The notes under the pieces: generated by a model
The model's database searches: none
The model's input: only the letters and a program-made list of their open reading frames with translations
Told to the model about the DNA's origin: nothing
Part shown: positions 43,628-56,114 of the stretch, one piece after another
Layout of the letters: each line of letters opens with the position of its first letter
Numbering within the stretch: position 1 is the stretch's first letter
Made by a program: the position numbers and the translations under genes
From: Bugula neritina
Lineage: Eukaryota > Animalia > Bryozoa
Direction of reading: 5' to 3'
DNA: 64,000 nucleotides
Assembly (NCBI GenBank): GCA_964035545.1
Contig: OZ037773.1
Span: forward strand, 4,803,751 to 4,867,750

Positions 43628-44935
43628 CTAGGTACTGAGGGCTTGTATTTGGGCTAGGATATTGTTATTGTTCAGACTGCCAGGGGGGAGAGGGTCAAGT
43701 CTGACAATAGCTTTTGAGAAGTATCTCAAAAGCTTGTTGGCCAACCTATAAATGTATTTGGTGTGTGAGCCGAATTTTGGCTTACTCAACTTAGGAAAAA
43801 TTATTTTGTAATTTCCAAGTAATAGCACACCGTTATGCCCTTGGGTTTGACATTTAACCCTGCCACTTGAGTAGATGTCTTTACCCAGTTTAAAGATAAA
43901 AGTGACGCCAAAATAAATGCTTGTGATGGTGTACACCAGGTGTTGTAGAGTAGAGAAAAGCATGTATACAAGAAGATATATGGCTGCTGTCACAGGGTGA
44001 TTGCACACATTAAATACCTTATCAGAGGCTTTTGAGCTTGAGTGAAGGTTGGTTGTGGCAGTCATCACATCCTGATGAAAGCTTGCAGCTATCTTCTCTT
44101 CTGGTGAGACTTTGATAGTAGGTCGGACTTGCTCTCCAGTAGCTGAACATGGCGGTGCCGAGGAACAGCTGGGGTTCATACCTTCTGCCTCAGTGGTACC
44201 GTCTGAGGTTGCAGGTATCTCCGTTGCTGGGTTGCAGTGCTGGGTGCTTCCGGCAGGTTGTGAGGTGGAGAATCTGGACTCGGGGGTCCGGATGTTTGAT
44301 TCTTCATCTGCCGGTCTGCACTCTGGACCTACTTTAGTAATAATACTGGCGCAGATATGGCATTTGGTAGGTTTCCTACTCGGACTGTCCACACTGTGCT
44401 TGTAGCAGAGTGTGAACAACTCCTCTATGGTTGGTGGATTTTTAAACCTACCTGCCAGTTGTGGCAGCAAAATGTAACTTAGCTCACGGTTACCTACGCC
44501 AGTAGCAAAAGTCTCACCTATAATTGTAAGTTTTGAGCCACTATCTAGCATATATAGATTATTGCCCTCATTGATAACTCTACATAAAAAGTCTTCTGTA
44601 GACTCATGGGCCCTAATATGGAGGTCTAGGAACTTTTCCATCTTTGTAGAGTGGTTCTTATTAAACTTTTTGTCAAGAACATTAATCAGGGTGTCAAATG
44701 AGATTTGGAAATTTGTAGACCTTACAATGTTCTGATAACTTTGTTTTGCATTACCATAGAGACAAAGGCCTAGGAATTTAACACTTTGCTCATCTGTGAG
44801 GTTGAGAACTTTTGCTCGATAGCTAAAATCAGCTTTGGTTCGATACCAATTGTCAGAAATATCACCAAATTGATGAACAAAAGCCCAACTTTTGGGGCAT
44901 CTAAATAAGTGGCACCAGTCACTACATGTGGCCAT
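43628..44935 (-). CDS. Gag-like protein with extended C-terminus (435 aa)
   Basis: First ORF after the PBS; N-terminal capsid-like pattern (LGLCLYGNAKQSY...SFDTLINVLDKKF...HESTEDFLCRV). Confidence 0.72.
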   Translation of the reverse strand: MATCSDWCHLFRCPKSWAFVHQFGDISDNWYRTKADFSYRAKVLNLTDEQSVKFLGLCLYGNAKQSYQNIVRSTNFQISFDTLINVLDKKFNKNHSTKMEKFLDLHIRAHESTEDFLCRVINEGNNLYMLDSGSKLTIIGETFATGVGNRELSYILLPQLAGRFKNPPTIEELFTLCYKHSVDSPSRKPTKCHICASIITKVGPECRPADEESNIRTPESRFSTSQPAGSTQHCNPATEIPATSDGTTEAEGMNPSCSSAPPCSATGEQVRPTIKVSPEEKIAASFHQDVMTATTNLHSSSKASDKVFNVCNHPVTAAIYLLVYMLFSTLQHLVYTITSIYFGVTFIFKLGKDIYSSGRVKCQTQGHNGVLLLGNYKIIFPKLSKPKFGSHTKYIYRLANKLLRYFSKAIVRLDPLPPGSLNNNNILAQIQALST

Positions 44936-45236
44936 TGTGTGACAGAAAATGATATATAGGCTATTTATATATGAAATTTGTATGAAATTTGTTTATGTAA
45001 ACCTATGTATAGTTAATCATTTTTGCTTGCACAATAAATGATATAATATTTCCACCCCATATTTAAAACAGACACGTCCTCGTGTCAATTTGTGCACAAA
45101 TCAACAGTAAGATAAAAACAAGCCACATGAAAAAAAACAAATTGGAAAAAACTAACTGTACGGGACTTCTATGGCAGTCTCAACTAATAAAACACACAGA
45201 TAGACTGAGAAACTGGAGCGGTGCACGAGATCGAAT

Positions 45237-45249
45237 GGCACCTCCACCA
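45237..45249 (-). promoter_or_regulatory. Primer binding site, tRNA-Ala type
   Basis: TGGTGGAGGTGCC two nt inside the 5' LTR; complementary to the tRNA-Ala 3' end ...GGCACCTCCACCA. Confidence 0.8.
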
Positions 45250-45251
45250 AA

Positions 45252-45725
45252 TGTTATGGTGGGTTTTACTGATTTTGAGTATCGTAAACTCACCGAGTAA
45301 TATATATAATGTGGCCTTGGGGTGAGCTCGGGGTCGGTGTGCAGTTGCGGGTTAATAGCTTGGCTGCGAGGTAACTCCAGCTCCTGTCCGTCTGGTAGGG
45401 GTGAAGTTGAGACTCCGGGTTAGAGTAGTTGGCTGGTGGTGCTCCTCGGTCTATGGTCCTGAGCTAGCACTCACAAACGTACTCTAACACATTCTAATTA
45501 GGTAGCATACATTCTATATAACTATTCTCAATTATTCCTCAATCAGTCTCAAGTCTCCCCATTCTCCCATTTTCACTAGGTTATATAGCTATCACACTCA
45601 CACAAGCCACACCCACACTATAAGTAATATTAATGTCAAACTTAGAGTTGTGCACCCCACACACATGCAACAGCAAGAGATGACAACTACACATATTTAT
45701 GATACTTATAAATCCAGATATAACA
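45252..45725 (-). repeat. 5' LTR (474 bp)
   Basis: Direct repeat of 39634-40107, adjacent to the PBS. Confidence 0.95.
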
Positions 45726-47220
45726 GCGTTGCCTGGTGTATCTAAAATATTAATATTCTTAGACCAAGACTGAAGACTAGTAAACATAGTGATAGTAGTT
45801 ACTAGTTACTAATACTATTAGTATTAGTAACTAGTAATAGTAATACTAATACTACTAACTTTCTCTATCACTGTAACAATAAATTTAACTCTCAAGTCTT
45901 AAAGTCAAACTCAATATGACTATAACTATAAGTATAACTATTATATTTACTATAAGTAAGTATAGGTATAACTATAAATAGTGAACTGTAAGACTATGGC
46001 TATTAGTAGTCTATACTATCTGCTCTGGAATTTCAAAAATTAGGTTAATGATAATATTATTCATACTGATGTTTAAATTCATATTGATATCTAATGCTCT
46101 GATTAAAATTTACGTTTACTTTTATATTAATATTGATTTCGATTTACACTAAGTTCAACAATAACTCATAACTGCAAATGCTTAATATTATGTGTAACTA
46201 ATATAAATATAATATGATCGTTAATTATAAATATAACTATATGACTATGAGTAAGCTGTGCTTAAGTTTTAAGTTCGCGCTTTCAATTACTCATATTTAT
46301 TTGGCTAGTCAGTGTTAACATTTGATTTTTATTTTATACTTAGTATTACTCATAGGTTATTTACTCTTTGCTCAATGATCAGACATTAATCTTGGACATT
46401 TAGTGACTAGTGATTTTGACTCCTATTGACATTGGATTTTGTCTGGGCTAAATTTACAGATCAGCTATAAGCATAACAATGATTAAGGTAAAGTTTAGAT
46501 AGTAAATAAAGTTTAAGTATAAACTTTAGCATGGTCATAATGATAATAATAATATTTAGATTTATGTTATTGTGTTTATCACGAAATTAAATAGTGATAT
46601 TGATGATCAACTATTGAATATGAATGATAGTTAATTATTACAAAGTTTAATTACTACTGAAGTTGACACTAACTTAGTTTCTAACTGTTACTCTAAATGT
46701 TGCAAACACTCACCCTATCATTATTGCTGACTATTTCTGTTATTTACTTTATTATTTTGTGTTTCAAATATTTATCTTAATAATTATTGCTATGTTTGTT
46801 GAATTAGATCTTTATTTGCAACATTCACATTCATATTGGCAGCTTCAGAAAATACCCTAAGTTTACAGTTGACTATTTGAAGCTGTAATGTAAAAATGAG
46901 ATGTCCATGTCAAAAATATTATTATAAGATACAAAACATAACTTAAACTCTAATTTAATATTAGAACAGTAAAATTAGAATTATATTTATGATATTGTGT
47001 CCAATGGATATGGCTATGCAGATGCTATGTCGAGCTGTATGGGTGTACCAAGAGAGGCTGTCATCCATTGCAATAATTGGGTGAGGTTACAGAGGTCAAA
47101 AAGTAACATGATCATGGCATTGCCAGCAAACCGCAGAATTACTGAATAATGATAGCTTTAACATATATAAAGTGACAGCTAAAGTCATCAACTTATTTTG
47201 ATAGACTAGCATGCGACCCT

Positions 47221-47316
47221 GCTGCCAGTTACTGCTGCTGCCAGTTACTGCTGCTGCCAGTTACTGCTGCTGCCAGTTACTGCTGCTGCCAGTTACTGCT
47301 GCTGCCAGTTACTGCT
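47221..47316. repeat. 16-nt minisatellite (GCTGCCAGTTACTGCT)x6
   Basis: Six perfect units, no spacers. Confidence 0.95.
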
Positions 47317-48017
47317 GAGTGGTGATGATTACATTCTCACACCAGTGAAGGTCATACTAGCCATTGGTACTTGCTAGCTACTTTCTATAGCTGAGTTATA
47401 CTCACTGTCTTACTACAATACCTATTCACTGGCTGATAATACATTGTACATAGTTGTAGTGAGTAACAGAAGTGTAGAGTTTCACTTAGCTTAGGTTCAT
47501 AGTTTTTGGCTCGGAATTGGAGTTCGAAATATAACTTTATAGTCTTGTCACTCTGTTGTTATAAAAACTCGCTGGGATTTGGGCTATTCAAATAAATTTT
47601 AATTTTTTTACCAACCTGGTATTTTGACAGTGATACGGCTATGTGTTAGTAAACTAAGGATATTCAAAAAGGGGGTAGAAGAGCTGGGTTTTGGTAACAT
47701 TTGTCACCAGTTTCGCTGTTACCAAAAGCCCCTCTGAGCCATGCTCTAACTATTCCCACAAGTCTTCACTGCAGTGTTGATATGTATATTAAGTATTAGA
47801 ATTCAACAATCTATTTGAAGAGCTCTGGGCTAATAATCCAGCCCTTGTCTAACAGTTGTACACAAAATTATCATTTTTAGTTTTGGATTAAATTTGTGTA
47901 GCCTGTGTACCAAGTGTATAGCCTGTATACCAAGTGTTTAGCCTCGATTTGACGTTTAAAAATATTTCAAACTTAATCGTAAATAATTCTGATGTGGCAG
48001 CAGAAGGATAAAGGTTA

Positions 48018-48281
<264 letters not shown>

Positions 48282-48609
48282 GTTCTAAATAGACTTGTAA
48301 CAAAATGCTACTCTATTATGTAATCACTAAGCATATAAATAAAATTTCAGGTAATTATTAAAGCCTTTTCAATACTGCAGGTAAATTATTTTCTTGGTAT
48401 TCTGCATTTTAGAGTCTTTTTAAATTGCAAGGTGAACCCATGTGTAGGATTAGATAGTATTTTTATGAGTGAAACTGAGCTGAATTTATGAGTGAAACTG
48501 AGCTTATAGTGTCCTGTGTGTCGGTTTCCATAGTAACAGCACAGTTTCTGAGAACATAAAGTTGCTGTGGTCAACTTTGCCATTTATTCTTTTTAGAGTT
48601 GTGTGCACG

Positions 48610-51600
48610 ATGTTGAAGATGTTATCAAAAGTCGGATGCATTAGAAATATGGCTGTAAGGAGTCAGTCAACTGCGTCCTTTATAGCCAATATGCCCCCCT
48701 GTGATTTTGTCCCTGAGAAGTATACTGGACCATCTCATGACGCAATGAAACAGTTGAGGCAAAACCATTTAAGTTCTGGTCAACTTACATACTATAAGAA
48801 TCCCATCTCCCTGTGTCAAGGTAGACCACCATGTTATATTACTTAGAGTTTGAGTAACGCTACACGTGATTGGCTGAAGTCGCGCTGCCATGTTTTTTAA
48901 AAGCTATTTAAAAAATATTGAAATTTTGTTGTCTTTTTTATTAAGCAAAATGGCTGGTAATAAATTTTGAGTAAATAAAAAGCAAAAGAATATAATAATT
49001 TTATTCATATGTGAATTTGGTACTAGATGTCTATGCAGTAAGTTGTGTTGTGAGTAATAATGTTCCCAATGATGTCTAATCTCTTTTGCTAGGTCACATG
49101 CAGTATTTGTATGACTTGGAAGGTAACCGGTATATAGACATGTTTGCTGGTATAGCCACCGTTATAGCTGGACACTGTCATCCTAAGATACAAGAGGTAT
49201 AATTCTTAGTAGAGTGTTTACAAATACATACCCATTAGATTAAGGGATCTCTTTACCCAGCCCATGCTAAAATGCTCATTAGATTTTATGTCAAAGGCTA
49301 AACTGAAGAGTTATCTCATCTTTACGCTGTGTTTCTAGAGTAATAATTGTCTCCTCTTTAACTTCACTAGTCACCATATCTGGCTAGTAAGTGAACCTTT
49401 ATTATAATATTAAAATTACAGGATTTCTATCCTAGGATTTTCATAGAATAATACTATCATAGAATACTGTTTATTTTGATAGCTTACTTTCTCATCTATT
49501 AATTCTTCAGTAAAGACACATTGCATTCCTACACAACCACACTGTGGTATTATAGGCTACACTGAGTCAGATGGGCAAGATGTGGCACTCAACTAACATA
49601 TACTACCACCCTTCTATTCACGAATATGCTGAGAAACTTACTAGCACTCTGCCTGACCCTCTCAAGGTCAGATTTACTGGTTGACTGTTCTGTGTATTTT
49701 GTACTTGCTGTTTCTATTCACTATCAACGGGTTTACATACCACCAATAAAATCATTGTTTAACCAGCTGTGGACCACCCATAGAAGTAGTTAGTAGTAAT
49801 TCTTATAACTAGAAGTGATATTTTCCCATAGCTTTTAACATTTTTGTGGTTGGTGCTCTCTGTATTCACAAATTACACTAAAATGTATAGTTTTGAAGGT
49901 GATCCACCAAATTGCAAAGTTAGCACAAAGCTGCACAGCTGCATAGACTGCAGTAACTGAAAATTATATATATAAAATATTGCTATTTTGGTGGTTCTCT
50001 AAATGCTCAACATTAGTTCACGGTGTGATGATCCTATGCTACTGTATGTGTAATGCAGGTGTGTTACTTCGTCAACTCTGGATCTGAGGCTAATGACTTG
50101 GCACTGCTGATGGCCAGACTCTACACAGGCTGTATGGACACATTTGTGATGAGAGGGGCGTACCACGGCGCCAGCCCTATCACTATGGGTCTCACTTCCC
50201 TCAGCACCTGGTTCTTCAACTATCCTTCTGCTTCTTCAATACACAAAGTGAGGGGACAATTCCAACCTCATACTGTAGTTCGAAATATTTTTTATAGCGA
50301 GTCAAATGCTATCTGTAACTGTAATGCCAGAAATCACCTTCATGGTGTGTGCTGAGAATGCAAGCTTTCTACTTACTAATTCTTCCTCACAGATAAGAAA
50401 TGCAGACCCATATAAAGGTCCATATGGTGGAAAGGCTTGCCGGGACTCCGTAGTTCAGGCAGACAGGTCATGTGACTGCCAGCCCGGCCAATGTATGGCC
50501 TCCGAGCAGTATCTGGAAGAGGTGAAGGACGCTCTGACGTACTGTGCTCCTAAAGACAAAATCGGTGCTTTCTTCGCTGAAAGCATTCAGGTGAGTACAT
50601 AACTGCTAAAGTAACTTAAAATTTTTCTTGACTTGTGGTGTTGTTTTTAGCATGTTGGTTAATCTTGTAATAATTTTTAAAAAAGATATGCATGGAAATT
50701 ATGATGTTTGGAAATAGTTGATCTTTTGACCTGCTCAATACCCGCTGTTTAGAATTTATCTTCTCAAAAATATCTGTTGAAGCATTTCTAAGGGCTGCTA
50801 TGTTAGTTTAAACATTTATGGCAAAGAGAATACAATTCAGGCAGAATACGCTGATAGCATTTCTCGGAGCACCTATGACTTTGTGTTGGCCTATTGATTT
50901 TCAAGCACTTTTTCTCCCAGTTTAATCAAAAAGATCTACAATTATGTGTATGTAGTATTTACAGGAGTGAACATAAAGTTCCAGTGATTACAGGGGTGGA
51001 TAGAAGGTTTCTGTGTTAACAGGGGTGGATTTAAAGCATGTGTCTTTACAGTGGTAAATATAGAGTATGTTATATTTACAGGGGGTGGGTACTAAGTAGG
51101 TAGTGTTTACAGGGGTGGATATAAAGTATAGGTGTTTACAGGGGTTAATATAAAGTATGTGGTGTTTACAGGGGGTAAATGGAACCATGCAGTTTCCTAA
51201 AGGGTTTATAAAGGGAGCTGTGGAACAAGTGAGAGCTCGTGGCGGAGTAGCCATTTTGGATGAAGTGCAGACAGGATTTGGCAGGACCGGAGAACATTTC
51301 TGGGGATTCCAGGGTCATGACGTCATTCCTGATATGGTGGTGATGGCTAAAGGTTGTGGAGATAATATGATTTATTGTTTATTGTCTAATTTTTAGGGAT
51401 GTATTCATGCTTAGTTAATCATTTAGTGATAAGCCATTGGCATATTTTACTTGTGTAAAAAATTATCAACTCTTTATACCGTTAGCCAATGATTGTAGGT
51501 ATTGCTAATGGCTATCCAATGGGTGCCGTTGTAACAACTAAAGAGATAGCCTCAGTTCTATCAAGAGCACTCCACTTCAACACATTTGGAGGAAACCCTG

Positions 51601-53252
51601 TAGCCTGTACCGTTGCATCTTCAGTTATCGATGTTATTAAGGAAGACAAGCTTCAAGAAGTAGGTTTCTATATAATTACTTATAGCATTGATAATCTGCC
51701 ATTTATAATGATTCTGGTAAAAGTGAAGTCGTGAATAAACAGATTTCATTTTATTTTGAAGAATTTCTCTAGATTTTCTAACATTACTAAAGGGTCTTTC
51801 CGAATTTCAATTCAAGGTGTTGTCTTGTAAATTATATCCTGTTGAGTTTAATAATCAGGTTTGATAAAAAACTGTTTAGGCAATGCTAGTGTAACTTCAT
51901 GTAATCATCAGATGTTGCTAGTAATGAATAATTGAAGACATTTTTAATTTTTAAAGCCTATTCCCGAAAAAAGTCTCTTTGAAGTCTAAATATAGTTTAT
52001 AGACTGTCAAACCGTCTCTCGCATTAAGGTTTCTCACCACTAGGCTGCCAAGGGTTACCATTGTGATTCATGTTCTCTATAGAATGCTCAGCAGCTGGGC
52101 TCTTACTTCCTGCTTGAGTTGGCTAAACTGAGGAACGAGTTTGAAATTGTGGGAGATGTTCGTGGTAAAGGGTTCATGATTGGCGTGGAGCTGGTGGCAG
52201 ACAAGGTGGGCGCTTTTTAATTCATATATATATATTTTTTTTATTTATTTGATGAGTATTTACATACAAAACTATTAGTAATAAAATGCCTTTTAAATTT
52301 TAGCCATTGTATTTTATCTATAGTTTTTATGTTTATACACACGCACTCACTCTTTCACTCACTCACTCACACACTCACTCACTCACTCACTCACTCACAC
52401 ACTCACTCACTCACACACGCTCACACGCACGCACACTCACACACACACGCATGCACACGCACACAAATTGCAGACTAGCATCATAATTTTGTGCCAACTA
52501 ACTACAATGACTTCGCTTTGTCACTTAGGAAAGATGTGCTATGTGTTCGAAGCTCTAATGCTGTCGTTCATGACATTTTGCTGTTTTCTGTGTAGGAGTC
52601 AAAAGTAACCTTACCTGCAGACCAGGTGGCAGCCATTTTTGAAGATATGAAAGAAATGAGAGTCTTAAATGGTAATATCTTCAAACCTTTTTCCAACATT
52701 CCTTATCTTATAAAACTCTGATGATATCACTCAATACTTTATGCTGTTTAACTCTATGTGGGAGTTGTGCGCACAATAAAAAAGAAGTGCGAAATATGTG
52801 ATGTGTAAGGAAACAGCCGTGGTCTAGAGGTTAGAGCGTTAAAGCGTTGGCTTGTTAAACACCAAGTCATGGGTTTGAACCCCAGTGAAGGCCATTGTTG
52901 ATGTCAGGAAGAGCATCCAGTCATAGTTGGCCCTGTGTCACATAAATGAATAATTCCTTAGCCCGATTTGAAAGAAAGCCTGTCGACATGGGTTCTCTTA
53001 GGGATGGCGACTATAAACTTGTGTGAATATTTGATGTGTGATAGTATTTGTGTAATTACGCTATCAATCCTTGTGCATGATGTCGCAATTACCAAATATT
53101 TCTAACCTTTGATGCTTGCAGGTAAAGGAGGTGTATTTGGAAATGTGATGAGGTTTAAACCTCCAATGTGTGTGACCAAAGCTGACGTTGACTACACGGT
53201 GGCAGCGTTCCGTCAAGCTCTCACCAATCACAGAGAACGTCAGGCTAAATAG
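48610..53252 (+). CDS. AGXT2: Alanine-glyoxylate aminotransferase 2-like, copy 2, 10 coding exons
   Basis: Exons 48610-48820, 49093-49196, 49556-49666, 50059-50247, 50393-50590, 51172-51352, 51499-51659, 52083-52205, 52596-52671, 53122-53252; same intron positions as copy 1; [51 protein letters not shown]. Confidence 0.94.
50952..51180 (+). repeat. ~30-nt tandem repeat, 8 copies, built from the exon 6 splice acceptor
   Basis: Each unit has TT(T/A)ACAG|G(G)GGT; the last unit is the real acceptor. Confidence 0.85.
52335..52465. repeat. (ACTC)n/(AC)n microsatellite
   Basis: cactcactcactcacacactc... Confidence 0.9.
52813..53028 (+). mobile_element. tRNA-derived SINE (most complete copy), in AGXT2 copy 2 intron 9
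   Basis: A-box-like GTGGTCTAGAGG and B-box-like GGGTTTGAACCCC, followed by a body shared with at least 5 other loci in the window. Confidence 0.8.
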
Positions 53253-54714
53253 ACTTCCCTGTAGTCATGGATACGTGTAAACATATTACTTTAAAATACT
53301 TCTATATTAGTCTAGTCTTCTAGTTAGCTGTTGCATTAGGCAATCTTCTCTATAGCTTTGATTAAGCATGCCTATCATGAATTTATAATGCAATATTTTC
53401 AGAATATTTCAGTAACCTCTATGCTTTTCTATTGGCTAATGTGGTGCCTATTTTTTCATTATTTTCATATATATCATCATTTGGGGTAAATTGGAGTGGG
53501 TAAAGCGTGAATGACTTTTTCGTCATTTACTACTGAAGTATTTGTGACAACTCAATCCAGTTCTCGGGCAAAGGTGCTAGTGTTGTGTTGTTATTTCTAT
53601 GTTGTTGAATTTTATCATGGAAATAATTAATTATAAAAGTAACATTACAATAATTACCGCTGACAATCTTGATTATATTGATTTACAATCATAACTATAA
53701 GACTTAGTTCACTGACTCTTCAGCAGCCGCACCATACCACCTTCGTTAGTGAACACTGATTGGGTGAGGTTAGAGCTGTAATACTATGAGTTTCTTGTTT
53801 TATCATGTTAGAGTTTTTACCTCTGGAGCGGCTGGTTTGAGAAAATTGTGAAAGAATAGGCGAGTTGTATAGAAAACTGGTATAAATCAGTATTCACTTA
53901 TGACTTTTACTTGAGAATTAAGTTTTATATTTTACTGTAATTTGCTAGCTCTTTTATGTATCTGCTTTATTTCTACGATAATTTAGAGGCATTTTAATTC
54001 TGTTTACTTATGTAAAGCTACCGCTATTAGATCTTTTACTAATACTTATATTATAAACACTTAACATATTTTGCAGTTTTTTTCTAATATTCTTTTTATG
54101 AAACCTACATGATGCAATTAGTTATATTATTAATATACTTCAATATGCAAGGTCCAAAACAACTTGTCTTGTATATCTTCATATAGATGTACGTATATAC
54201 CATATTATAAGTGTACATAAGTGCCTTTTGTTGTCAAGCTTGATTTGAATTGTAGTAAGTGTATGCTTTGAGGTTACGAAATTAAAGGCTTAACAGCAAC
54301 TAGTTGTATTGAGATTGACTGGGAGAAATTGGTATGAGAGTATAAGAGTTTGAAGACAGTATAGGTCTCTGTCTAATGGTAGCAAATGCATTGCATCGCT
54401 CTTAGTTAGAATATTATGCATGTTATAAAATTTCTAATTAACAACTTTTATTACTTTAATTTATAATTTTCTAACAAAGCAAGTACATAGACTTCCAATT
54501 AAATTACATAAAACAACACTAAAAATGTCTTTGGCTCTGCTGAAGACAGCAATTGTTACATGAAACTTTTAAATTCAGCTTTGAGTCAAAATAAGAAAAT
54601 TAGATAAAATATAACTTCATGTGCTATTACAAATAACACTTTGAGAATAAGGAATTGTCATATAATCAGAGTTATAACTTCAAAGTACTTGTGTATCTTA
54701 ATATCTCTAGGTAG

Positions 54715-55686
54715 CTAGTTGGGACCAACTTGTGGGGTGACAGAATTGCCTAATTTACACTTGAGTAGTTTCCTTATTTGTTGAATGTATGAGGGGTTTA
54801 AATAAATAAACAAAATAACATTTAGAGTTCCATATACACCCTGGACTATGAAACCACTCATGTCAATCAGTTCAGATTGTGTTTCAGGTTGCTTGCCTAG
54901 TCTTTTTACAACCATGCCAATAAATGTTGGAAAGAATGACAAGTAAAACAAGATGCTTGTAAGCAACACATATTTTCCTGCCTTCTTAAGTTCTTCGTCT
55001 TCTGCAGGTTGAATTGCTCTTCCAGACATTCGTTTTAGTTCCACGCCCACTTTACCCAGAGTTACTATGGTTATTACAGCAGGTACTCCAAAGAGGGGAA
55101 ACTGAATAACACTAACCAGAAGAGACTGTTTAGGCTGTGTCAGTCCCAAGTCATAAATACAGTATTGTATAATATCAAAGGAGTTTATAATCACTGAGAT
55201 CACAAAGCTGACAATCCAGATGATGATGTAGCCAACTGCTAAGTGCTGAACAACTTTGTTGGTCACATATTTGAATGGTGTACAAATTGCAACATACCTT
55301 TCATAACTTGCTAAAGCGAGAACAGAATTTCGAAGTATCATCGACATAATAGACGGAATCATAATTCCAATAAGAAACCTTTCTGAAACATTTTCTTGCT
55401 GTTTCACAATGAAATGTTTCAGTGAACAATCCACTTGCACGGTAAACATTAAACTAGCTAAAATATCAGAGAAGCCAATATTCATCAGAGTCCAGAAATA
55501 CTTGGTATCTCTTAATTTCTTAATAGAAGAAAGAACAATAGTGTGTAAAATGTTTACCAATATTGTCAACACATTGATACCCACAATAGCCTTTGACTCA
55601 GTCTTGTAGCCACATACTTCTGAAACAGTCGAGTTGAAACACAACAGGTCACTTTCTGTTATTCCACTGAAGCCAGTTGAATTCAT
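54715..55686 (-). CDS. Intronless rhodopsin-class (class A) orphan GPCR, copy 1
   Basis: Seven hydrophobic segments; TM1 Asn, TM2 SD, TM3 SYERYVAICTPFKY, TM4 Trp, TM6 FFP, TM7 NVILF; N-terminal NST sequons; first ATG at 55686. Confidence 0.92.
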   Translation of the reverse strand: MNSTGFSGITESDLLCFNSTVSEVCGYKTESKAIVGINVLTILVNILHTIVLSSIKKLRDTKYFWTLMNIGFSDILASLMFTVQVDCSLKHFIVKQQENVSERFLIGIMIPSIMSMILRNSVLALASYERYVAICTPFKYVTNKVVQHLAVGYIIIWIVSFVISVIINSFDIIQYCIYDLGLTQPKQSLLVSVIQFPLFGVPAVITIVTLGKVGVELKRMSGRAIQPAEDEELKKAGKYVLLTSILFYLSFFPTFIGMVVKRLGKQPETQSELIDMSGFIVQGVYGTLNVILFIYLNPSYIQQIRKLLKCKLGNSVTPQVGPN

Positions 55687-56114
55687 GCCTCCGTTATTTA
55701 GTGGCAAAACTAAAAAATGAATTTTCTAAGAACAATGTTTGCTTGAAAAAAAGAACCCCGGAATGCTCAAATGACTTGAGATTTATGATGGTTCATTTGT
55801 TTTACTTTCTCAACATGTATTCATTATTCCATAATGCATTGGATTCCATAAAATTCTATTAAATAAATTGCATGTCATATGTATATTTTATAAAAGTGTC
55901 ATTATACTAAGTAGCCTATATTGTTTTATTTTGAGTCCTTTAGCAGTGTGTAGTGTTGTCATGCGAAAATCTAAACAAAACAAAATGTAGATACTATATA
56001 TATGTCTTACCGCATAATGTGAAGTTTTAGTAATTACATGATATGTGTGATGTACATTTCTTGAAAATCTATTTATATTCAGTAGTTTTATACCAGTCAC
56101 TGACAGCGAACAGT

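Larger units (their letters stand above)
39634..45725 (-). mobile_element. Non-autonomous (gag-only) Gypsy-like LTR retroelement, 6092 bp
   Basis: Two 474-bp TG...CA LTRs, identical by eye; 4-bp TSD GCGT (39630-33 and 45726-29); PBS on the minus strand; Gag-like ORF; no pol ORF. Confidence 0.92.

Noticed and set aside
47221-47316. Regular short repeats as a CRISPR array (also 3650-3836, 50952-51180)
   Set aside because: Head-to-tail units without unique spacers, no cas genes, eukaryotic context
52813-52890. tRNA gene
   Set aside because: Has A/B-box-like motifs but no clean cloverleaf, and continues into a repeated SINE body
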